Shown here: piece by piece, positions 1 to 11,400 of the stretch
How positions within the stretch are numbered: position 1 is the first letter of the stretch
Layout of the letters: each line of letters begins with the position of its first letter
DNA from: Tubulanus polymorphus
Lineage: Eukaryota > Animalia > Nemertea
DNA: 64,000 nucleotides
Direction: 5' to 3'
Assembly: GCF_964204645.1 (NCBI RefSeq)
Contig: NC_134029.1
Coordinates: 5,952,001-6,016,000 of the forward strand
Notes under the pieces: generated by a model
Database searches by the model: none
What the model was told of the DNA's origin: nothing
The model's input: the letters and a program-made list of their open reading frames with translations, nothing else
Translations under genes and position numbers: made by a program

Positions 1-3000
1 CTTCGGATTTTTCTTCGCTTTCGCTGATTCTAGAACGTAGACCCGTTATTTCCGTGCGCAATATTTCAAGCTCGACGTTCGCCGCATTTTTCTTCTCAGT
101 CATCGACATGAGCTCGTCCTGCAACACCGACATCTGATCCAGCGCACGCCCTCTTTCAGTCTTTTCCATAGTTGCCATCTTGAAAATATCAGTCAAAGAA
201 TGACAAAACTAAACCTAAATCGGTCAATAACACATTTTGCTCCTGAACTAGCAAATAAACCAAAGGTTCAAAACTTTTTTTTGTGAACATACCAAAGCAT
301 ATCAAATTCAATTAATTAGACTTCAGACTTCAGTTTTTTTAGATTTTTTAATAGAATCAAGTTTCATATAAAATCCCTCCAATACAGTACCTGCTCTTTC
401 AAATTCAAAAGCGATTCATTTCGCAACGCTTCGATCGCCGACTGCAGCTGGATGACGGTAAGTTCTTTTTCCTCGAAGGCGTCCTCTAGTTGGCGTTTTT
501 TGTCAAGCAGTTGTTCCTCGCGATTTTGCACCTTCTTCAAATGGTCCTTTTCGACGTCGAGTTCATTTTGCAATCGTCCCAACATGTCCTTAAATTCAAC
601 ACAGAAATCAAAGCCACATAAATAAACACGCAAAAAAAATTTCCTCCAAAAATTAGATTAACAGTTAGATTTTCTATGATGGTGATGAAATAATACTTAT
701 ATAGTGCCAATTTAAGTATTCAAAGGTGCTTAAAAGTAACCAGGTATTTTTTGGAGTCTTTTGAATTTTTCCAAATCCGGTTCCTGATGAATGTTTTTGC
801 GTAGAACATTCCAAATGAACAAGAAATGTGAAAGACCGTCTGCCAGAGGCTAGATACCAGCAGTAGAATGAAAGCAATTGTATGAAAACACACCTCGTAT
901 TGCTTTGTCTTCTCATGAAGTGTCCTCAATTCGACTTTAAGATCATCTCGATCAGTTTTTGTGGCCAGTAACTCCTTCTGCGTATCGTCTAAAGTCGACT
1001 CCAATCCACATTTCTATTCATGATAAAACAAATTTTTAATGGACTTTTTCAGCTTTGAATTTCAATCATTGTTAGATGTCTCAGCTTTTACAAACCTTGT
1101 GTTGCCAGTGTTCTTTATCGGTACCAAAATCTTTCTTGATTTGATTCAACTTCGTTTCCAAATCTCTGATGTGGTCGTCCTTCATTTTCAGCTGGTTTCG
1201 ACTTTGAGTTCTGGAAATAACAACCGATGGCACACGTTTTTACGATAAGCAATTTAAACCAACCCCAACTACGATTGACGATGGCTCCAAGTGCTGTTAT
1301 TTGGATACTTCTAGAACTAGCCAGACTAGTAACGACTTAATCAATAATACTATTCAAAATAAATATTTGAATAATAAATCTCTTAAGATGGGTAGAAGCA
1401 TTCGAAATTTCTATATCCATATTTCATCACTTACTGTAAAACATCAAGCTGTTCCTGAAGTGATAGGGCTTGTTTGCGAGCGTTCAATGACCGTTCAGCG
1501 GTCGCTGAAATCTGTTTTTCGTGCTCTTCAGCGATGTGCGTCAGCTTCTCTTGATTTTCTTTCGCGGTCGTCTTTCGGAATTCGTGAAAATCATCTGTCA
1601 GACTTCTCAGCTCATTTTCCAACTGATATGAAATACACAAACATCATACACATGAATAACAATATCGAAATGGAATCATGCTTTCTTAAGTCTGGATCGG
1701 GTTGATCAAGATTTTGACCTGAATGACACACTTCTTAAATATACAGAAAATACTAATTTTCATCCAAGGTTCACATAATTTCATTTATCCCCTGATCTGG
1801 GTTTTACCTAATAATTGGATCATCCAAATAAAGGATTATTACTTAGGTTACTCAAGAACCTCAACTGAAAATGAACTTATTGCGCGATTCTAGTGGTACT
1901 GAGGGTCTAGAATTCTAATTTCATCTAACGTTTAAGCTTATAGCTTAAAATTCAAGATAGAAGGAAAATAACCTAATCTAGAGACAATCTCTTCTACCAT
2001 CGAACGAACAACTGCGAATCGAATGCAAATTACGTACGTGTTTGATTTTATTCTTTCCGTAATCATTTTCGACTTCGTAATCTTGTAAACACCGTTCGAG
2101 CGTGTGAACGAGCATGGTCGGGTTCTGGTTTTGAAGCGGCTCCATATCGAAATACGCTTTTCCGCGTTTCGCTTCCATCGTCGCGAGTAACATTTTCAAC
2201 TGTTTGACCGCGGCGTCCATCACGTACTGACTTTGCTGATAACCGTCTAAATTCGAGGTCGCTTTCGAGAGTCTCTGAATTGAAGGACGGGAGAAAATTG
2301 CACTCGAAACACTATAAAAATCATTGACATTACTAATGTAGGAGCCAACCTGTTCAGTTTCGCGGATATAAAAGTTAAACCCGGATCCATCTGCTAAGAA
2401 TCCAATCAATTAACACAGCCAAATACATAAGACATAGATGGAACCTGTCTATCTATCTCAACAAATATTCTTGACTTAAAGTTTTTTTTAAATAAAAAAT
2501 TCCTCGACCTTTTTCAACAAAAGAAAATTCTCTGACTATTCCCGATTCCCAGGCAAGTGGTCGCCCTGTCAAATTGATTTTTTTTGGCATGACCTTGTCT
2601 GTGGAGCCAATTCTAATAAGAAGGAAACTTCAAGGCAGGTAGAGACACAGAGTAGAAGAAATAATCTATTTCTAGCACGCATGCGAAAAACAAGCGATTT
2701 CTAACATCGTTGATGTTATTTTTCAATCACGAAAGACGGCTTTTTTTATGAGGGTCTATTTTAGTGAGCATCACAGGCACAATGTTGGCAGGATGGTCGG
2801 TAACAGCGATTTTATAGAATAGAAATCAGTATGCTTACGTCTTCCAAGTCACGATTCGTCTCTTGAAGCTGAGTAACATTGACTTGTAGTTTACTAATCA
2901 AAGTCTCCTGTCCATTCACTTCCTTCTCTCTATTTAAGTATATTTTAAAGAAAAAATATACGCATACATTAAAAATACATGTATTATATCACGTAAACTG

Positions 3001-6000
3001 TCTCCGTTAAAACACATGTAGAAGTCAAACCTTAGATCCATAATTGATTGTCGACTTGCCGCCGCATCTTGTAGCTTCGTTTTTAACTCATCAATCAATG
3101 AAAGATAATGTCTTTTAGAATGGTCGGCTTGATCTTTCAGCTGAAAATAGAGTAATACAAGATTTATGAACCGACAAATGAGAACAGGCAATATCAGGCA
3201 AGTTTGCTTAAAAGCAGCGAATTTTTTTAAAATTCCATTCAGGCTCTTTTTGTACCTCAGTAATTCTTGTTTTCAGTAGGTTTATTTCGGTTTCGCTATC
3301 GGTCAATTTCTTCTCCAACATCCACCTAACAAAAACCATAAATATACAATTTACACAACTGAATACATGTAATACATTTACATCTTGTACTGACTGTAAA
3401 TAGTATCAATCCGGATTGGATTAAAAACCCAATCAGACTTAAGTAGGTTTGGCCGTATATAAGCAGGGTTGCCACTTTTATTTAACTTGCTTTCCCCCCA
3501 ACTTTTCCCCGACATGTTCATTGTGTCCACGACTTGATCTACTAAGAATCCAATCAATTAACTCAGTCAGATATATACAACATAGATGGAAACTGTTTGA
3601 TTAAACGTGTAATTTATCAATCTCAACAGATTTCCCCTGACTTAAAAACATTTTAAATGAATTCCCTGATTAGTCCTTGACTTTTTTAAATTAAAAAAAA
3701 TTCTCTGACATTTCCCTGATTTCCAGTCAAGTGGCCACCCTGATAAGTGAAGAAAAATTCGACAAAATCCGATTAGGAAATGTGATCCATCTACACCATG
3801 ACGCTTGAAATAACAAAAACTTACTTATTTAGATAATCGGGATTATCGTTTTGTGACAGATTTGAAGTCGCCACATTTGACGACGGCAATGACTGCCCGA
3901 CGCTGAAGGTGGCAGGTAACGAGTATCTACTGGGCAGGTGAAAACTCGATGCCGATATTCCGTTACTACTAATGACGCCGTTGTCTCCTTGAACGAACTC
4001 ATTTCGTCGACTAAGCGACAGTTCACCCCTGAAACGACGAAATCTCAGTTAATCAACTCTCTTCTGCCGCATGAAATCCGGGTTAATGAACACTTCAGCC
4101 TTGAATTCGAGGTGAAATATTCTACTCAGTAAAAAGCAAAGCGCTTCGAAATAGGTTCCAGCACTTCTTCGATGGCATAATTACCACAATTTTAAAATAA
4201 GCTTTTAGTAGGAATTTTTGTAGTAAGGCTAAAAAAATCATATCTTGTTTCTCCTAATCGGCCGGGTAATTTTGTAGATTGCGATATAATTTGTAATGTT
4301 TTAATTTCTATAGCTGCCTGGTTATGGTAAGCTTGATCATGATTTTAAAATCAAAAGTAATGTACAGGTAGATGAAAACCTGCCAGGTCAACTTTTAAGC
4401 TCAGCAGAGAAACAAGGTATCAATTTTTTTAGCCTTAATACAAGTTTGCGTATGAATAGGCGTTTTTCTTAAATTGAATAAAATACATTTTTAAGAATCG
4501 TAAATAGTAGAGGTTTTTCAAGTCCTCAACTCACTCAGTGTCACTCAATCGAGGTTATACATAGGTATTTCTTTTCAGGAGACTCTGGTTTGTGATGTGA
4601 ATCTGACAGCTTGAAATACATCTCAAATGGACTCGATTTGACATTATATTTACACACCTGAAATCGGGAATTACTGGTGCTTGCACATCCACTGAACTCG
4701 GTAACGATGACAATGAAGCTGCTCTTGTTCGTAAAGGTCTATTTGTTTCAACCTGAAATCAAGCAGACAAGAAGCATTTTTTAGACAAGAAGATAAACCA
4801 TTGTTTTCACAAAATATCCATCCTTCAGCAAGAGTTAATCAAATGAAAAAAATCTATACTACGCAAAATTATACAATTCAAACTTTTTGGCAAGCTTTAT
4901 ATAAACAAACGCAGATTTAAAGCAATTTCTTGGGGCTGAACTTTGTAAAAAAACGTCTCCTAAAACGTTGATCAATAATTGCAGGAGTCGATATTGAAAA
5001 ATGCCCCTACGTAGGATTAAAACCGTGGTAAAATATTTTCAAAATCTCTACATACTCAATGACTTTTTCAAATTTAAGGTTGAATCTTATTCATTATCAA
5101 GCCCTAAAATTCGCCGCGACAAAGTTTTGCCGAATGCTTTCGCAACGCTATAAATTCGTAATTTACTATACACATAATTGAAGAAGCAGATATCTGAGCC
5201 TTACATCATCATCATCGCTGAGACGACCTGTCTGTCGCTGCTGCTGCTGCTGCTGCTGCGAAGAGGTGATTTTTATCGCCGGCGACACGAGCGCGGCGTG
5301 ATTGGAACCGGTACAGCGTAACGGAACCCAATAAAATCCCGTACGACGAGAATATTTCAATTCCCTCGGCCCCGGTAAACCGCCGAATATACACGATATA
5401 CATCCGCTCATAATGACGAATCGACGTCGATTCCGATCGGACTCATATTCGCGACGATTCCTTAATCTATATAAATCCCTGCGCGGAGAGATCGTCGTAT
5501 CGGTAATATTCGCGCATGTCTCGTCGATTAAATCAATACGTCGGAAATATCGGACTGATCATCGGTAATAACATATATATATATATACACCGGTACGAGA
5601 AAACGTGTAAGTATTAAATAGAAGAGCGCGACGCGAGTACATTTTTACCACCGCGCCGCACGAAACCCTGCTGCTGTCATCGCGAGTCGAGAATTACGCT
5701 ATAGGCCTATATGTAGCGATCAATTGTCGAAATTGTCAACGACCGCGAAACCAGATTTGAGCACTTTCATTTTTAGCGCGCCGATGAATGGGCGCGAATA
5801 GATTTATCATACAGACACGACGGCTAACGAAATATTTGCACACGGTTTGTTTCACAAGTCGAAAGTGAATGGCTTTTGAAAACGGTATTGTGTACGCGCG
5901 TACAATCTGCCCGAACACGAGGCCTTCCTTTTTTCACTTTTCAATGACTTCTAATTACCCAATTTTTACGAAACGGACAGATTTTTGATCGGTCCTTTCA

Positions 6001-8984
6001 CACGTCAGAAATACAAAAGACGTCTGACTGCGTCTAGCTGTTGTTCATGAAACATAAGACGTTTGCGCTGAGAGACGTACATTATTCCGAACAATGCCCT
6101 AGTACTGAATTAGGTAGACTTGTTTGTCTACTAAACAAAAAAAAAAGAAGAGAACCCTCCACCATTCAAATTTCTACGACTTTTGAAAAAAAAAATTCCG
6201 AATCGATCCAAAAATGAAATTCCCATGCGGTCTTTTACCGGGATCTCAACAACAATAGACCCGATAGCTTCTGAGATGATCAAATCTTGATTGAAATCAT
6301 TTTTCTCTCGATTTAAAGAATGTAAATGTTCATTTTTGAAATAAAATTCCCAGCTATGAGAAAAATCATCGACGGAAAATTGAATACTAACAATGATTCC
6401 TTGAAATACTCGTTTATAATGTTGAATAGGCGTAATCAAGATGACAGATGGAAATATGTACATCGCAATCAATGGTGGATTTAGGGGTAAGAAATTAATA
6501 TCAAAGGCCCTTCAAAATATTATGAACAAAAAAACTCAAATCTTTTGACTGCAAATTCATTATCAGGCCCTTATCAAAGGCCCTTCAAAATATTATGAAC
6601 AAAAAAACTCAAATCTTTTGACTGCAAATACATTATCTGGGAATTGAAGTTTCAGTAACTAATTAACAAATTTATTTTCATGGGGGGAGGGGTGACATTA
6701 ACTTGGCACAGTGGCGAAAATTGAAAGAAACTCTAAACTTACAACATGTTCAGCATCAACTGATGTATTTCTTTGATGGAATTTTTGTTCGGCTTCATTT
6801 TTTCTAGAATCTGTAAAAAAAAAGAAAAACAGAATGATCTAAACTTACAAGCTGGGCCTAGTACGGATAGGGTATAGTGCTCAATGAGAATGGTGCCATC
6901 TGTAGTTTTGAAAATGATTCCATAGCCTAAAATATTGAGGAGCCCCCTCCCCCCCCCCCCCCCCCGCACACCAGACATATGTGTGCTGCATCAAATTCCA
7001 CTCATGTACAGGTGTTTTTCCGTCTAGCCAAATAAGATCAGATATACCGTAACATGCACTAAGGACCAAATTTTTTACATACGTTCAGACTTGATACACG
7101 GCAAATATGGATTATGTCAACAATTATAATCTACTCCGATATATTTTTCGAGAAAAGATTTCGGCAAAATATATGCAAACACGGCAGGCTGCAATAAACT
7201 ACATTACTTTAAGCGATAACGGTATTTACTGACTCCAACGTGTACTAATCCTTTTAGACACCTATAAACCTGAGACCATACAGCAAACAGTGGGCTTTAC
7301 AGGCATTCTGTTTTATCTCTTCCATTCATGATATACGCGAGGGAAAAACGAAAGTTCATCAGGAACATTTGATGACTGGTGTTAAACGTCTGAGTTAATA
7401 AGCAAAATCACAGTTGATGATTTAACAATTCATTTTCTGGCAGTTTCGAAGTTTTGACTAAATTTCATCATCACAGAAATGAAAAATAACATAATAATGA
7501 TATACAGTAATTCAAAGATTAAACTTTTTTAGAATTATTATCATAAAAACTTCGAAACTGTCAGAATAAATGCCTAAATCATGAACTGTGAATTTTTCTC
7601 ATAAAAGAAAATTTGATATTTGTCAGATGTAACGGACACGAAATTCTGTCTCTGTGTTTGACAATTTCCGTAGCAACACAAAATATACTCAGCACATGTT
7701 CATTGCCAGTGTGCAGCGTTAATGAGCGATAAGCACGGCTAGCAAATTTTGGAAAAGAAAATCATCAATTTATTAAATAATTATCACTTTCTCGACTACA
7801 AAATAAATAAAATCATTATTTCTCCTTGCAAAACCCTCTATATTTAGATTTCTTTTGTTATGGAGAAGTAACACTAGGAACACTCAAGAATTCCTTTATA
7901 CTTAGATAAATTTGAACAGGGTGATGAAAGTTGCGCATAATGCTGCAGATAGGCCTAATGTACAGTAAATATGGTCATAGATGCTTGCCCCAGTTCCGAG
8001 TGTGAGTACATTTTTTGCCATGGACTAAATTCTGTACTAAATGTATACTCAATATAAATACACTCGTGCACTAAGCATGAGTAGGACTGGCTGTACAATA
8101 TTTCTGCCTTCAAAAATTCTAAAGAGGGATCGTACTGCGTAAAGCTAAGCGCATTCACACTAGTTGTTAACAACTTGACAACTTTTTAGAAAAAAATTTC
8201 AGAGACATGAAAGAAAATGATCAAATCGATCAGTTTTAAGCAAGGCGCTCAGTTAAGCTAAGCCTATATCGGACTAGCGCATACCACCAACAACAACTGG
8301 GATAGAAGACATTCGTGCGTCACACGTTTTAGTTAGTTGTGCAATGTGTTGTTGTTTATGGGGCGCATATATTCAATATACTTTCCCCATTTTCCATGAT
8401 CGCTATGAACCCTGATATTGGCGGACACCACCGAACTGAATACAACCAGTTGCCGAAAACATGAGCAACTGGCTGAAACTGAAGATAGATCACCATTACC
8501 AGTCGTAAGGTCGTGCACATGGACACATTCAAGCAACTGATTGTATCCAGATAGTTCCACTTGTAACAAGTACACCAAAGACTGCTTTACAACTAGTTGT
8601 CTCCGAATACTTATACTCCAATATATGCTAGCCTAAACACATCATTTGCAAAAATGCTTTCAGTCTAACAAATACTGACAATCAGGACCTACATTTAAAA
8701 AAGTGAAAATAAGTGCACATACCTGAACAATCGTTATCCCCTCTGCCTTCTTCGGTTTCAATATGTAATGTAGAATTCCTCAATTGATTTCCGACGAGTT
8801 CCAACTGTCGAATTTGATCGGCGAAATCTTTCGACGTCAAGCCCGATTTTGACATTTTTCGCGGCGGACTTTTCGGCAACGGCGGAAGTGAGGAGAGAGG
8901 TAACTTCTCATTTTGCGTTTGCTGCGATGTTGTCGTTATTGCTGTTGCAGGGGTTCGACTGTCCCCTTTTACAACTCCAGACAT
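1..8984 (-). CDS. CCDC158: Coiled-coil domain-containing protein 158-like (3' part lies outside the window)
   Basis: Phase-consistent GT-AG exons in transcript order: 8723-8984 (ATG at 8984, MSGVVKG...), 6743-6810, 4658-4752, 3825-4028, 3256-3325, 3031-3140, 2839-2929, 2038-2274, 1435-1622, 1096-1210, 894-1013, 391-588, <1-178. The spliced peptide (e.g. IDELKTKLQDAAASRQSIMDLREKEVNGQETLISKLQ; EEHEKQISATAERSLNARKQALSLQEQLDVLQTQSRNQ) aligns by eye with the recalled N-terminal coiled coil of vertebrate CCDC158 (VIDLQTKLQEMQMERDAMADIRRRESQSQEDLRNQLQ; EHEVEITGLTEKASSARSQANSIQSQMEIIQEQARNQ). The two most 5' exons are less certain than the coiled-coil exons. Confidence 0.85.
3464..3742. mobile_element. 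MITE with CAGGGT(T/G)GCCACTT TIRs and 5-bp TSD ATAAG; truncated relative at about 2390-2568
   Basis: 14-bp TIRs with one mismatch, and ATAAG on both flanks. Internal sequence (CTAAGAATCCAATCAATTAAC...) recurs at 2394-2568. A terminal remnant lies at 34941. Confidence 0.8.
5205..5411 (-). CDS. CCDC158: Probable alternative first coding exon of the CCDC158-like gene (MSGCISCIFG...QQQQQQQ...SDDDD)
   Basis: The ATG at 5411 has A at -3 and opens 69 codons ending at a strong donor GAT|GTAAGG in phase 0, which matches the phase-0 acceptor of exon 4658-4752. It lies in a CpG-rich patch (about 5100-5950). Confidence 0.55.
6499..6637. repeat. Tandem duplication, period 73 bp, two near-identical copies
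   Basis: TATCAAAGGCCCTTCAAAATATTATGAACAAAAAAACTCAAATCTTTTGACTGCAAAT starts at both 6499 and 6572. Confidence 0.9.
7381..7633. repeat. Degenerate inverted repeat, probably an old MITE
   Basis: TCACAGTTGATGATTTA...CAGTTTCGAAGTTTT (about 7408-7455) is complementary to AAAACTTCGAAACTG...TAAATCATGAACTGTGA (about 7546-7591). Confidence 0.55.
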
Positions 8985-9144
8985 TTTCAATTATCAGCTG
9001 AAAAACAGGACGAGAATCGGCATTAAATCAAAACCAAATGAGCCAGTGATTGCAGTAGTGTTCCTTTAAAGGTTGTACAAGAACAATCAAACCGGCTCTC
9101 TAGGGCCTAACTCTTCATTTTTCAACATACCTCTCTGTGGTGGG

Positions 9145-9475
9145 CATGGTTCCCACAGTTATATGAATTCAAAATTTCCCAAGTTTTTCCCAAGTATTTC
9201 ATGGGGGATTCTTCAATTTTCCCAAATGGAAATGAACTCATATTGTCATGCTACAGTCAACATTTTAGCGGTGAGTGGTTGATAAAGGTCATTTTAAAGG
9301 GAAATTGCTGAAGAAAGTTGCACTTGGCAAATGCATCATGTGAAATGTAATGAATTTCCCAAATATTTCCGTGATTTGAGGAAAACTTTTCAAATTCCCA
9401 AATATATCGAAACCAGGAATTATCATTTCAAAATTCCCAAGTTTTTCCAAATTTACCTGTTCTGTGGGAACCATG
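9145..9475. mobile_element. MITE with perfect 14-bp TIR CATGGTTCCCACAG and 6-bp TSD GGTGGG
   Basis: TIRs at 9145-9158 and 9462-9475. GGTGGG occurs at 9139-9144 and 9476-9481. Internal TTTCCCAA subrepeats are present. Confidence 0.85.
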
Positions 9476-9525
9476 GGTGGGGTGGCACCACAAAATCTAA
9501 ATTTCTAAGTTCAAATCTTAATAAC

Positions 9526-10975
9526 CAGTCAGGAACACTTTCCAAAAACGGCTTATTCTGCCAATTTCGGCGTTTTCCGCCAATAGCAGAATCAGCCATT
9601 TATGGATTACTCAGTTTTAAACTGCTTCTGCCAATTTAACCGAAATCGGCGTTTTCTGACATTTTTGGCTTGTTCTTAAAAAACGCCATTTCCGCCATTT
9701 TCAGCTGTTACAGTTTTTAAAACTACATCGTCAGAAACGGCGTTTTTAGCTTAGATAGTTTTACAGGTGCTATTTATAGTGCTTAGTTCGATGGGAGTCC
9801 CTATTATGACATCATCGCTTTTCTGCTGGCATACATTTGTATATTTGCGCCGAAAAATTAATCTCATTGATCCATTCCAGGCTTCAAGAAAGAATTAAAT
9901 ATAAATGTATTTGAATTCTGTTCTTCTGTATACCTGTATTCTATGTAATAAATATATACATACATGTATCCCAAATTGTTTCGAAAATGTTTGTTGTATT
10001 TTGAAATGAGTCTAGATACAGCTGTATTGATTTTGAGTTGTAACGTCATCGGCCACCAATTCATTCAATCACTATCCATCACAAGTCCAATTAGCTTGGA
10101 GGCATCGAAGATGTTAATTACCTCCAATTAACCAACATCATATGCAGTCCAATATATCCCTCAACCATTCTATGCTTTATTAGGCAAGATAAGACCATGG
10201 GCAAAACTTAAAACTAGATTTTTGATACACTAGTTTATACATCCATGATTGATTTGTCTTATGAGAATGATAATTATAATAATAATATTATTTTTATTTT
10301 TAACATATAATATTTACACATCCGTTCACCTCAGCAAATTAATTATTTTATTCCGAAAAAAGGTACCGTGTAGACACTAGGGAAAACGTCTAAGTGGGTG
10401 GGGGAATCCTCATATATAACAAGTGGACTGCCAATAATGGCTTAATAGTTTATGATTATAAAACTAACTACGCCAAAAACGGCGGAATACGCCAGAAATG
10501 GCGAATGTTTTTATGTGTACCCATGGCAACGTTTACTTGAAAACTTTATAATAGTTTTTAAAACTAGTTCCCAAATTTATTTTTAACAAAAATCATGATT
10601 AATAAACTTGTTTCATGCTGTAGTAGTTTTGAGAGTTTTCCAAGAGTTTTTTGGCTTCATATGACGTAATCATTTAGAAAAACGTAAATTTGACCACTTT
10701 ACCTAGCTCAAAAATTTCCATCCTAGCGTCATATGAAAGCTTATCGTCTGCTCGAGATTATGGCGTCATCGGCAACATGCGCTAATTGAACCGGAAGTGT
10801 GCAAAAAACTTTGAAGCAAAACTCGAAACTTAGTGAGCTGAAACTGGCTGATTAAGCCATAAACGACTGTAAAAGTTTCAAAACTGAGTGATCCATAAAC
10901 GGCTGATTCTGCCGTAATTGGCGGAAAACGCCGAAATTGGCAGAATAAGCCGTTTTTGGAAAGTGTTCCTGACTG
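9526..10975. mobile_element. 1.45-kb non-autonomous DNA transposon with about 100-bp TIRs and 5-bp TSD ATAAC
   Basis: CAGTCAGGAACACTTTCCAAAAACGGCTTATTCTGCCAATTTCGGCGTTTTCCGCCAAT at 9526 is exactly inverted at the right end (to 10975). ATAAC occurs at 9521-9525 and 10976-10980. There is no transposase ORF inside. Confidence 0.92.
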
Positions 10976-11269
10976 ATAACATAGATTTTAGAATAGACAA
11001 CTAACAGTAACAGTCTTAATGCATAACATGGCTTAGTTGTGTCCAAGGGAAAAACACCTGACGATAGAGATGATAGAGAGATAGAGATGCCTTAATAAAT
11101 TCTAATAATACAATTTGATTTAATTTATGATGAGATGGTGTATTGCGAAAATAACGGAAGGTTCTTTTAGTTTTTTTCGAGAAAACTGATCGCATTCATC
11201 ACAGTAGATTTACGCTTAAGACCTAAAGACAATCTCTCAAATCGTAGAAACCTACTCCGGGTAGTAGGA

Positions 11270-11400
11270 GTTATTACCTCTAGAGAGCGTTCGAACGACG
11301 CGAAACGCGTTTAGAAACAGTTGAATTCAGCGCCGAAAACGTAAACAATCTATAACCCGGAAGTAATTTAACGGATATTAGCAATACGCGTGCGCAGAAA
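11270..11400 (-). promoter_or_regulatory. Likely distal promoter and non-coding first exon of the CCDC158-like gene
   Basis: CpG-rich patch with an ETS-type CCGGAAGT (about 11358) and an NRF1-like GCGTGCGCA (about 11388). A candidate minus-strand donor GAG|GTAATA lies near 11277. The ATG exon has its own acceptor at 8998, so an upstream exon is expected. Confidence 0.35.

Noticed and set aside
6849-6899. 51-nt AG/GT-bounded in-frame segment
   Set aside because: It would leave only a 38-nt intron before exon 6743-6810, and it cannot replace that exon in phase.
8333-8578. Possible extra CCDC158 exon
   Set aside because: The splice sites are weak, and the phase does not join the next exons (6743-6810 or 4658-4752).
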